DNA of 64,000 bases. Source: Amoebophrya sp. A120 (lineage: Eukaryota > Protista > Dinoflagellata). The notes below the pieces were generated by a model. The model was not told where the DNA came from and ran no database searches. It worked only from the letters and a program-made list of their open reading frames with translations. Each line of letters starts with the position of its first letter. The first letter of the stretch is position 1. The translations under genes and the position numbers were made by a program. The stretch covers positions 1,731,772-1,795,771 of the forward strand of contig CAJINV010000005.1 of NCBI GenBank assembly GCA_905178155.1, written 5' to 3'. Shown here one piece after another: positions 49,636-61,500 of this stretch.

Positions 49636-52600
49636 TCATCTAAGATGGATCCGCGATGCACTGCACGACTTCACTCGCATTCGGGTTCTGGTTGCGGTTC
49701 GCCAAGATATAGACAGCAAATAATATTTTGTCTGAGAACTTAATGCAGCACGTGCAAAAAAGGTATTTCTGTATTTTGCAGAGTCGTCACAGAATCCGCA
49801 TGATATTCTTTGTTCGCAGCCGCCGCTGACGAGTCGGCAGCTGCAACGATAAAACCATATTTCAATTTCTCTCTTGATGCACAAAACTTGATGCAACATT
49901 GATAAACCCAGACATAATATATTTGCAATCGATACATCCGCCCGCGCGACTGGCTGTTGCCCCACCACGGGAGCCGGATTTTGGTGCTGCGGGTTCCCGT
50001 AGGCTGCGTGCGTGTGCATCGGAGCTGCAGAAGCAGCAGCTCCACCACCACCGATGGCTCCTGCTGCCAGTTATGCATATGCAAAACAAGTACTTAATAT
50101 CGCCAAAGAACTAGTGTAGGAAAAATTATCGGATGACAAATTTATCTCAGAGGAAAAATTCAATTCCCTTTGTTATGCAGATCCAGGTTGATAAACAAGC
50201 AGATCTACCAGATTTTGATTGATTAATGTAGCTACGCCCCCTGACGTACCTCGGTAGCCGATCGCTCTACCAGCCGGAGGTGCTAATCCAGCTCACATTT
50301 GATGACAATACTATGGTGCATAATCCAGATCACATTCACAAAAAATTGCAGTTTTGCACAAACCATGTTTGTTTGTAAGACTGCAATTTTTAAACAAGTA
50401 CGAGTGCGATAGTACTTTTGCATTGCATACCGCTGCACCTGGAGCAATCCCTCCAGCCGTTGACGGATGCAAAGGGGGCGGCGCAGTTTCAGATACTATG
50501 AGAGTGCACAAGAACTCCTCCTCCTCGCCCTCGTTTGTCATGCAATACCACATCAACAACTCTACGACAGGCCCCTTTTGGTTTTGAGTACTCCGCTGCA
50601 TGACAAGTTGCAGATGCAGCGACCCAAGCTGCACTACAGTCCCCACATGAAATAATTGTAACGCTACGCCTTTGCTGTTTTCCGTGATCATGCTGCTCAT
50701 GCCCTTCAAACTATGAGGCGGGGAGCTCGGAGCTATGCATTCTCGTATCAGGTGTAGTGGTCACCGAAGCAGTGCTAGTGATAGAGCCGGAACTTTGACT
50801 AGACAAGGGACAAGCGGCTCTACTAGTACTTGCTGTACTAGGACAACTCGTCCTGCTAGAAGACCCTGCGCCACCGGTTCTTGTTGCAGAGCTAGTGTGT
50901 GTTTGTGTGTTTGCAGCATCACAGACGCCGTTGATCGTCGCACCTGCCGAGGAAGAACTTGTACTACCAGAAGGAGTGACACCAGCAGGAGGACCCCGAC
51001 CCCGAGTAGTTCCTCCCGCCATGATGCAGTTGGAATTACTGCGAACAAGTGCTTCATCCTGGACCTCCGATGAGGTAGACTGATCTCCTGTTCTTCCCGG
51101 CTGGCCCGCGATCGCAGCTGTAGGAACCTCGCCCGAGTTGAAGATGGCTGTTGCATCAGGACTAGCAACTCGTCTTCTAGGAGATGGGCCAGGTGATGAT
51201 GAGATCCTCCTTGTCCTCCTCGTCCCCGTTGTGGGCGTGCCTTCTTGATGCACCGTTGTTCCACCCACGGCGGCCCTTCCCGCGGGGGCGCACGTGGTCG
51301 CGCCGTCGCAAATTGCCACAGAAGGCGAGGAAGGCCTCCTGCGCGCCCTCGTCCTCCCGCCACTGCTTCTATTCGCGTTGGCTCCTTCTACACGACGAGA
51401 CGACGCCGCAGGTCGTGCGTCGCGGGGATAAGGACAACTTCCAGGTCGTGGAGCTCCTGCCGCTGCAGCGGGCGCTATGCTGTTGCTAGTACCGCCTGGC
51501 AGTGTAGTTGCAGACGAAGTTGAAGAACCGCTCCCCAACATCGATCCCCGCAGCGGCTGCGCAAGAAGAGCCGCGTAGTCGTGGTGGTGGTGGTCCTCGT
51601 CATCGTATAAAAATTCCGCCTCGGAGGGGTAAGAGTCTGGAGTCCTGGCGCTACTTTCTGCTTCTCCGCCCGTGCTTGTAGAAGACGAGGATGCTGAGGA
51701 GGTGGAGGAGAAGAAAGTAGTACTCGGAGCAGAAGATAGTGACGACCATGGGGTCGTGGACCAAGAAGATCTACTTCTGCTATTTGAGTTGTAATTTGCT
51801 ATCCAGCGGCTCCAGAAGTAGTCGTGTTTTATCTCGTCTTGTTCAGCAGCAGCAGCGTCGTGGCCCCTAGCACTGGAACTGTCTGCGCGGCCCGTTTGAT
51901 CTACTGCGTGCAGCAGACCACCATGCGCATGCGGGTCGTCCGCGACGAAAGAGACAGCAGCTGCAGGAGGAGGGCGGTCGTCCTGCAGTTGGCCGGCGCT
52001 TCTTTGATGTTGCCCCTGCTGCTCTCCGGCACAAGAACCAGCTTCCCGGTCGTCGTTCGCGGTATTTACCAGGAGGGGGTTTTCGGCCGCATCTTGTCCT
52101 ACTTCTTGCTGCTGCGCTGTGCTCCAGTTCCGGTCGAAGTTATCAGCCTCTGCCTCTGAAGATGTTGAGGACGAAAATAGTAACCCAGAAAATACCGAAG
52201 TAGATGAACCTGCAAGATGAAACCTCCCGCCTTCATCGTCGGTGTGGTGGGTGGAGGATCGGCCGCGGGGGCACCACGACATCCAGGGGTGTTGTCGGTA
52301 AAAGAACATCACGTAGACAAGCACGAAGACTAGCACTAGCGCAGTGAGAGGAATGAAAATCAAGCCCAGCGGTTGTAGTCGGGGCAGGTGCAAGAGGGGA
52401 GGTTCTTGGTGATCATGTTGTGCTGCATTGGTGGTGCTGGATGCAGCAGCTCCTGTAGCTGAAGAGAAAGCTGAAGCAGCTGGAACAACAACCACCTTAG
52501 CAATCTCTCTTCCCATCCTCGTCGCTGCCGCCAAGATGACGTCCAGGTGGAGGGAATCCAATCTCATCGCCGCGAAGCAGTCCCGCACTGCTGCGACAAA

Positions 52601-53959
52601 TCTAGAGAAGAGGCTTGGATTTTTACTCTCGCTCGATGTAGCAGACCACTTGTCGTGCCTGCTGCTGATGCTGTTCTTCTTTTGGCTGACGACCTTTTCG
52701 TACATGCGCATGTACTCCTGCGCCTCATCGCTGAGGTGGTCTCCAGGTGGGCCAAAACCTCTGTAGAAGTTCTGCCCCGCGGCGACGTCTCCAGGCTGCA
52801 AGCCTTTCCAGTAGGCCGCTATCAGGTCCGCGTCGGCAACATTTTTGCCGCCACCAGCCGCCGTGTCTTGCTTGACGAGAATACGGGCAGCGTCCAACCT
52901 TGCTTGCCTCACAGCGACTTCCTGCCGCAGGAGCTGGATGTACTCCAATTTGAGCGCCCGCAGCTTGGCCTCGTCTTGTTCGGTCCATACTCGTCCTGAC
53001 GACCCAGCAGCCGCTTCTTGTTGCCCGGCTTCTTTTACTTCTTCTTTATTTAGGTTGGTGGAGGGCGACGGCCTGCTCTCGCCGGAGTGGTCGTCGTCCG
53101 CGACGTGAACTGCACTCGCATAGAGATCGGTAGTGGTGGTACTACTTGAAGACAAAGATGTCGCCAGCTGTGTTTCATCTCCACTAAGATGCTGCTGACG
53201 AGGTAGATCTACACCTCCGGCTGGGGGCGCGCCTCCAAGAACATCACCTGTTCCTTCGTCATCAGCGGTTGACGCCGTCCTGCGCAACTCCTGCGTGCGC
53301 AGCTCCTGCGCAGCTTGCAAGGCCTTTTTGGTGCCGCGGAGGGAGAACCTCTTCTCGCTTGGCGCAGGTCGTGCACCGCCGCCTTCCGCACTTTCCACTG
53401 TTGGCGGTCGCGGCGCCGCAGGAATAACAGCCGGGCCGTCTCGTGGTTCAGCAGTCGGCGCTGAGAAGTCAACAACACTTGGCCGCGTACTGGCGGTGGT
53501 GGTCATGATCGCACTTGTTGCGCTTGGTGGCGAAGTAGGAGAGGACGCCAGCTTCGCGGCGAACTTTTTGCTCCCACGCAAACTGTACTTTTTCTGTCGT
53601 GTGGTCGTCCTCACGTCGCTTGCAGCTGGTTGCTTGTCTATGTCTGCTGCTCCTTCTTGTTCCTCCTGGACATTTGTAAGTCGTCCTCCTGCAGGTTGTG
53701 TTTCTTGTTTCGCTTGGTCGTGTTCTTCCACCTCCGGTGGTGGAGATGTCGACACCGAAGCTCCACTTGCTGGTGGCTTTGGTACTGCTACTCGTGGTCC
53801 CTGGTGAACAAGTTCACTTTCATCTACTTGCTCATATGCATTGTAAAAGTAATATCGCACCAGCAGTGGAAATAGTATCAATTCCCAAAGCAAAAGCTGC
53901 AAATGGAAATGGTGGTGGAAAACGAAAAATAAAAATTGTAAAAAAACTACATGCTGCAT
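49636..53959 (-). CDS. Hypothetical Ser/Thr/Ala-rich single-pass membrane protein; extra 3' exons likely
   Basis: 1082-aa ORF with TM LGLIFIPLTALVLVFVLVYVMFFY; the ORF end reads into a degenerate introner and GC-rich exon-like blocks follow at 50430-50495 and 49935-50070; both ends uncertain. Confidence 0.65.
50072..50429. mobile_element. Degenerate alpha-like introner
   Basis: tatgcatatgcaaaacaagtac / gtacttttgcattgcata; TSD eroded. Confidence 0.6.
50497..50747. mobile_element. Degenerate epsilon-like introner
   Basis: tatgagagtgcac..ctcc..tttgtcatgc resembles 610-844; right end atgcattctcgta. Confidence 0.55.
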
Positions 53960-54029
53960 TTTTAATAGCTACAAAACCGGATTTCATTCTCATGCCGTGC
54001 AGCTGCAGTTGGTGCGAGTACGGTACTTT

Positions 54030-57000
54030 TCAAGTGGATATCTCGCCGACCATGGCAAAAAAAGATGAACGCATTGGAGATGAAGAAGCATCCTGCTCCT
54101 CATGAGCGGCGTCGTGGGCCCACAGCGCCGCGCCACCTTTCTTCGACCCCGAAGACCCACGACCTCGCTTGGTGCGTGCCCGGGCACCGGCATATCCTGA
54201 GTAAAAACGTACCCACACCAGAGTCAGGATGGGGATTTTGCAACACAAACCTAGGAGTTTTGTGAGTCACGCATGACAAGTCGCACTCTGCAGTGTAGTG
54301 CAGATTAGCAAGTGCAGCCGCATCACAGATTCATCTGCTGATCCTGTTCACAGCATCACAAATTCCAAAACACGACTGAAAATGGCTCTCATGCGGATGC
54401 GCATTACAAGTCTTCCTGTCTTTGCAAATCTGCATTACAACTCTGGTGTGGGTACGTTTTTACTCAGGATACGGCATTTTTCGCGGCCAGCTCGCCCAGG
54501 TCACCGTCGCCAAGTTGCGTCACTCGTTTGTGATCCCTGCCATCCTATCAAATGCAAAAGTGTCTGGGTCTGGAAGGATCACAGAAAAATCTCTCACGCA
54601 TAGGTAGGAAAAGCTGCCCACTTTCTGTCACCAAAATGGGGGATTTCTCATGCGGGTTCGGCATTGCGGAAGCTTCTCGAAACCTGTGATGCTAGAGTTT
54701 CCATGCCAGACCTTCTGTGTCATGCAAAAACAGCATGAATCTTCCGGACCCAGACATTTTTACATTTGATACATCCTGTTTGTGTGCCTCGAGTCGGGCG
54801 ATCGCATTTTCGACCTCGAGGATTTTCTTGCCCACCGGGGTCTTGGCCTCCAGTGCCTGCCGCCGCTGGTCGGACTCACTCTCGGCCGTCAGTCGGGCAC
54901 GCCGCCGGGTAGTCGCGACAGCGGTCAGACCAACAGCAGCCGCATATGAACTGCAACAGTCTCGCACTCGTAGCAATTGCAATCATGCATTATAGTTTTT
55001 TTCTCAAGGTAAATCCACATTAAAAATTTTATTTCTCACGAAAAGGAAATTTGATGTAAGTAAAAATGCAATTTATACGTAGTACGATGCTTTTGCATTG
55101 CATACTGCAGAGCCAACAGCGACCACTCCCGGGTTTCCCTTTATAGTGTCCGCGACTGTCTTCCCCATTTCGGTCATTTGGTCCGTTTGCTTGTTGACGA
55201 CGTTTTCTAAAGCCCCAAAGCTTGACAAGTCCAGGTTGTGGCCATCATGGCCGTCTTCTTCTTCGAAATAATGGGCCAGTTGTTCAGGAGTGTCGAGGGG
55301 ACGAGGTAATGCGTGGCCTGGATTTTCCGGGTCTTCTAAGCTTATATGCGTGTGCAGCAGGTCGGAGGGAGAATTATCGTCGCCAACTCCGAAGTGCAGT
55401 GTATTCAGGAAGGACAGCTTGAGTGCTTGTTCACCGTCCGCCGCGCTTGAGGCATCCGGGTCCTGCTTTTCCATTAACTCATCAAACAGCTTGCCGGCCA
55501 GCGTCTCCGCGTCGTCCGTCTGCTTCAACATCGGTTCGCCGCCAAGGAGGGTTATGGCGTTCTCAAGCGTTACACCCTCAACTGTTACAACGCGATTAGT
55601 CATGCAGGATGACAATGAGCCGCCAGACGATCAAGCTGCTTCGCATGACAAATTCTTGAAGGGCTAAACAGCATGTAAATCTGTGCCAAAGAAATCTGTC
55701 ATGCAAGACGCGCAAGGTCCCCCCTTGCACTTTTGCGAATCTTGCGTCACAAATTCTTTCGTGTAACAGTTGAGAATGTAACATTTGAGCACAATTCCAT
55801 AAGGGTGTACAAACCTTTGTGATCGCTGACAAACCCGTCCAGGGAGCCGGAGTCCGTGAAAAACGCTTTGAAATCCTCTTTACTCATCACTTGGTTCCTA
55901 TCGCAAGAAAAAACTGTTTCACTGTGAACTTGTGATGCAGAAAATGTATCTGAGAAGTGTTTGTCTTACTACACATGCAAGACAATGGATTTTTAGCTGT
56001 GTTTTCCCTTTGGGAATCTCGCATGGCAAATTTTCTCTGTGATGTAGAATAAACTTGTGATGCAAAACTTGCAGCACCCTTACAGTGAAACACTTTTTTC
56101 GTACGATAGTTCCCGTTCCCGGCGCTGCTCGTCATGGCGCTCTGGAACTCCGTCATTGTGTGTTCCAGCGCCGCCGAGTCGAACAGCTCATTCTGCTTCA
56201 GGAAGCTCTCGGCAATTTCGCTGGTGTGCCCCTCCTTACCTTCTGTGTTCGTTGCAACGGCTTGCAGGAATGTGTCCTCCGTGTCGTATGTTACGTCAAT
56301 CTCGTCGTCTGTGATGCCGAATTTTGTTTTGACCGCCTCCCAGGCCGTGTCCGCATCGACGTCCAGCCCTGCCTTGCCATGCTGGCCCGGCACGTCGACG
56401 TCCTGCAGCAGGGTCTCGCGAAACTGATTGGTGGTCGAGGATCTTTCGCCGTCATTCTCCCACAATCTCTCGAAATTGGCCTTGCTAATCTTTTATCCAA
56501 TGCAAATAAGAGAGAGAGAGAGAGAACTGACATAATAAATTAGGCCAGACAATATACGACGAACATCACACAGAAGAACGCTGGCCTTGCTCCCGTCCAA
56601 CTGCTAGCGTGATGCCTCTCCGCCCACCTTATCAAATGCAAATAAGTATGTTTGGGTCTGGAAGATTAGTCACGCTGCTTTTGCATCACACAGGAGGTCT
56701 ACTACTTAGCATGGAAGCTCTAGCATCGCAGGTTCTACTTTCGGGAAGCTTCGGCTTCCGCAATGCCGAATCCGCATGACAAATGCCACCCAATTTTGGT
56801 GACAGAAAGTGCTGGGCAGCTTTATTTGCTGCCTATGCTGCATAGAGAGATTTGCATGTGTTGTGAAGTGCGAATCACCAGTTTGATGCATTCTCTCAGA
56901 CATCCAGGGATGAGTATTTGCAAGGCATATCTTTCCCCCTGCGTGGTCGTTGCCATGATTTTCATGTGCTTCCGCAACCACGGCTTTCAGCCAGTTCGTC

Positions 57001-58520
57001 TGATCGACGTCATTTTCGCCGCCCATGGCGTCCTTCCATTTCGGCACGTCCACGTGGTCCGCTCCGCTGTCTGGAATCCCGTGAAGGTCCGCAAACACGT
57101 CCGTCACCGGAACCTTCCCCGCACCAGGAACTGTGGGATCGCCCGGAATCTTCTCCGTGTCGCCAAACGCCTCTTTGAGATCAGCCATTTCCACGGTCTG
57201 GGCGGGAGAATCTGGTCCGTCGGGGTACTCGAACTCCTGAAACAAGGCGTCGACCGCCTGCTTCTTGGCAGGCTCTTTTCCCCCGAGCATGTAGAAGAGG
57301 CCTTTGTATTTGGTATCGACTTTGCCGTCGGGGTCGTTTTCGTCCACCAAAAAAAACTTCTCAAACTCCTGCTTGGTGATTTCGTCTGCGTGCTCCCCAA
57401 ACGTCTCCAGTGCAAATATGTTGTCTGGGTCTGGCGGAAAGAATGGGATTTAGATTTACCATGCTACTGACTTTCAATAATGCAACAAAATCAAAAACCT
57501 GTATCGCATGACCAACGGAACGCGCTCCGGTTTTTGCCTCGCGGAGGAGGCATTTCTGATGCAGGATAAGCATGATGAGCAACCTTTCGCGAAAGCTGTG
57601 TTGCTCTTGCTAGAGCGTGCTCGTGCATTAGCATTACCGGCAACATAATTATAGTTATACATCATTTGTTTTTGAAGGACATCATGACCCACCGGCATCG
57701 CGGTGGATCATGCGTATGCGTATCTACATCCTGCATGGGAAACTATATCCTGTATGCGTATGCGTCTGCATCTATCTGCATGGGAAACTCCTCCAATCTT
57801 CGTTGGTCCAGACGACACGGACATATTTGCAATGGATACGCTGCGTCGTCTTGCAAAATCGCCTTCTCGTTCAGGTCGCGGATCTGGTCCTCGATGTCCG
57901 GCTTATAGTCGGAGTGTCCCAGCTTGCCCTCGGTCTCGTCGGGAAAGAGCGCCGCTTCACGGAGTATCTCTTTCGCTGCAAATACTCCTCCGTGATGGTC
58001 GGACACAGCTTCCTTATTAGGAGTTGAAAGGAAGTTTGAGTTTATGGATATGTGTGAGTTTGTGTCCCAGGATTCCCGATGGAGGAGTTTGTAAACGAAA
58101 TCGCCCGGGTTGTTCCACCACTTCTTTATCGTCGCATCCCAGGCGTTTCCGCCGCCGTCGTCCCATTCGTGCATGGGGTTCTCAGTCTTTACATTGATCG
58201 CTGTATACATGATTTTCTCGTGATTTGCCATGCAAGAGTCGCAAAAGCAAAACAAGCCGGGACCTCTGTCGCGCGTCGCGGGGCTGCAAATGCAATATGA
58301 GTCGGCTTGAAGATCATGCCGATTTGCATCCCATTTTTTTTTTTTTGATTGAGGTTCTGCATGACAAATCAAGGAAAAAATCCTCTTACAGCGAGCAATG
58401 ACACTACGTTTGAGAGCGCCATACCCTGTACCATCTTGCCCCAAGCGTCAGAAGCATCTTCGTCGCTGGGGAGGGGGCCGAGCGTTTCTTTGAAGGAGTC
58501 CTGGAAATCATCCAACATGA
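54030..58520 (-). CDS. Hypothetical acidic multi-exon protein with a C-terminal hydrophobic anchor-like segment; 5' part cut by the element at 58533
   Basis: Asp/Glu-rich exons in ORFs 57743..58444, 56706..57350, 55887..56465, 55073..55615, 54692..54982 and 54030..54248, separated by introners; GNPGVVAVGSA-AAVGLTAVATTRRR. Confidence 0.7.
54193..54471. mobile_element. Introner with a perfect 32-bp TIR
   Basis: tatcctgagtaaaaacgtacccacaccagagt and its exact reverse complement; TSD CGGCA. Confidence 0.95.
54546..54771. mobile_element. Introner gamma
   Basis: Gamma TIR; TSD CATCC. Confidence 0.92.
54945..55104. mobile_element. Introner alpha
   Basis: tatgaactgcaa / ttttgcattgcata; flanks CCGCA/CTGCA. 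Confidence 0.85.
55553..55801. mobile_element. Introner beta
   Basis: Beta TIR; TSD AGGGT. Confidence 0.9.
55899..56108. mobile_element. Introner, singleton TIR type
   Basis: tatcgcaagaaaaaactgtttcactgt / acagtgaaacacttttttcgtacgata; TSD GTTCC. Confidence 0.9.
56630..56929. mobile_element. Degenerate gamma introner
   Basis: tatcaaatgcaaata..tttgggtctgga / tatttgcaaggcata; TSD not conserved. Confidence 0.65.
58204..58423. mobile_element. Degenerate beta introner
   Basis: Right end tttgagagcgccata; flanks CGCTG/CCCTG. Confidence 0.7.
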
Positions 58521-58532
58521 AAAAAAGTTACT

Positions 58533-61500
58533 CACGGACCGCCCGTGATCAGAGGGGGTCTGGAAATGCCTCAGGAATGCTCCAGGAATCTGCTCAGAAA
58601 TGTCCCGACTTTGCATATATCGCCGCGCATCGGAGTCATCGCCTTGGTCGCTTTTATACGTCGCACATCACTGACGCGCGACACGATGAGCACGCCATAG
58701 CAACGGAATGACGGGCCACGGGAATTATCTGCGCCGTCCTGGACGGACCGCCGGCCGGCGCGAAGATTGGGCGCGGGCAATTGATATAGACCCAAAACCA
58801 CAGACCCGGCGAACCCCCGGGGCGCGCGCCCTACGCCACCACGCTGCGAAACTGAAGCGCATGCCGCTCGCGTCACACGCGTGACACGATGGCGCCACGG
58901 TTCGGGAAAACGGGGAGCGCCCCTCGGAGGGTGTTGTGCGCTGGTTAGGACAAAGGTGGTCGCCCAGCGCGCAAAGAAAGCTGGTGGCCGGCTGGCAATC
59001 CGTGCGACGGCTGGTGGCCGGCTGACAGGGCGCGCATGCGAGCGCGCGGCCCACACAGTGCGGCCCGCCCGTCCGAGCACGCGCCGCGGCCTGCGTCTGT
59101 TGCGCGGGCCGTGTTTCCTAATTTCTTTCTGCGAACATACAAACCAGCGCGCCGACGCGCCTTTGCTTGTGCGCTTGTAAGAAACACGCCAAGCAGGTTT
59201 CCTTGGGGAAAACCGAGAGGGGCCCTGGCTTCTTCCCCCCCATACGATTTCCCTGAAGAAAGAAAAACCGGGCCCAACCCCCCCCCCATCCCCCAATCGG
59301 CGGCCTTGCCCCGGGTGCCCAGCTAGGTAGCTAGCGCGCCGGGCCAGCGGCCTGCCCCTGCAAAGGCACACACCGGGCCGCCTACCGTCAACGCAGTGCG
59401 GTAGGTGTCGCCGGCCAAGGTCGCACGCGACAGCTGCGGCACGCGAAGCTTCGACATCCTGAGCCCGGCGGCCGGGCCGGCCGGGCTTCCACAGCCCTGC
59501 TCTTTACCCGCAAAAACCTGCACAATCTTGCGCCGGACTCTCCGCCCGCCACAGTTCTTCGCCCCTTCGTTCGCTGCGTGCTCACTGGCCACGCCCAAAT
59601 CCCGAAGAACTGCCCGAAGCGCCGGCCAACCATTCCGGCCCCCCTCCGTCGGACCGGCCGACAATATTCACGTGCCCAGTCTTAGCAATCGGCCTGGGCG
59701 TGCTCTGCAGAACATCCATCCGAGATATGAGAAGCGCGAGGGGCGCTCTGGGCCTGCTCTGTAGATCACTCCGCAACTGCTCTGGAGATGTCGCGGCCTT
59801 GCAACATAACACCGGAAAGGACGGCAATACTGCCGCGCCGCGGATCTCCTTCGCAGTTTCGCGAAAATTTCGACCCTTTGCAGCCTTCACGCAAAGGCAT
59901 CTTTTTCACAGGATCTGACTCGTTCGCCACGGCGCAACGGCCCGCGCCCGAGATCGATCGAATCAACCTCGGACGGATTTGCCATCGATTCCCTCACTCT
60001 CGGGTGGCTGTGGCGATCGTTATGAACTTGATCCGTACGGCAATTCTTGCCGAATATATGAGACGAATGAGGGGCATCCTGAAAAGCTTAAAAAAAACCA
60101 GCAAGGGCACTGCGAAACCCGCGAAAAAGCAACACCAGAAAAAGCCGAAACGCGGAAAATCGTGGCGCCATTTCTGCTATTGGGGAAAAAATGTCGCGGC
60201 TTTTGCATTTTTCTCCTTCAGGAAAAAACCTGAAAGCGTTTGCATTTTTTTCCTTCAGGGAAAAACCTAAAAAAGTTCGCGCGATTTTCTTTTAGAAAAA
60301 AACCAATAAAGCTGCGCGCGATTTTCTATTACAAAAAAACCAAAAAAGTTGCGCGCGATTTTCTATTACAAAAAAACCCAAAAAGCTGCGCGCGATTTTC
60401 TAAAGGCCAGAAATGTGAAAAATCGCCGGCCTGATCGGCCTCATACCATCGGGGAAAGGCAGGAAAAATGGCCCGTCTTCGGTTTTGGTTTTTTTCGAGG
60501 GGGGATTCCCGCGCAACTTTTTTGGGTTTTTTTGTAAAAGAAAATCGCGCGCACCTTTTTTGGTTTTTTTGTAGTAGAAAATCGCGCGCAGCTTTTTTGG
60601 TTTTTTTGTTATAGAAAATCGCGCGAACTTTTTTAGGTTTTTCCCTGAAGGAAAAAAATGCAAACGCTCTCAGGTTTTTTCCCCAAAGAAAAAAATGCGA
60701 AGGCCTCGGCATTTTTCCTCCCTTTACAGAAATGCGGCACCCGGCAGCGCGTGTGGCTTCGCTTTGGCCTTTTTTTTTGCCTACTTTCTTGGCCCGGTCC
60801 TTTCAATTTTTTTCGCTTCATTCGCGGTCTTTTTACTACCGTAGCCCGATTCAGATTCACCATGATTCTGATTCTCATTCGCGACGTTTCTGATTCTGAT
60901 TCACAACATGTGGCCTCCACAAGCCAAATAGCTTACAACGTGTGGCCTCCACAAGCCAAATAGAGTTTTGTTCTACGCAATATCCACAAAGGGCCAGCTG
61001 TAATCGGGGCGCTGAAGCTCCTCAGCGCTCATCATCGTCGGACTCTGGGTCTTGGGGCCGCGCTCGCGAACTCCGGCGGCTGCTGCTTCATCCGGCTGCT
61101 GGCCGCCGCTCTCGTTGGTGAAGGAGTGCCTAAGTCGTGCCGAGGGAGAGGAGCGGCGCCACACATGGCGCCAGTGGCTGCGCCAGTGAGTTCAGCAGCC
61201 CCATTAACTTCATACGTTTCGGCTTTGCCTAGAAGCCGCTGCAACGCCTTCGCCGGCACTTGCATCCAAGCAAGGCCAACACGGCCCGCGCGGGGGCGCC
61301 TGCCTGGCTGTCGGCCGGCGGCCGGTCCGGCTGGCAGAAGCCAGGAAGGGCTCGCGGGCTGAGGCAGGCCTTCGCCCCAGGTGAGGTCCAAGACTGCCTT
61401 GGATGCCAATCATAGACACACACACGCGGCAGTCCCCTGGGCTTTGGCGGTAGAAGTGGAGGGAAACTGACTGAAGCAATTCTGCTTGCCACCAAACCAC

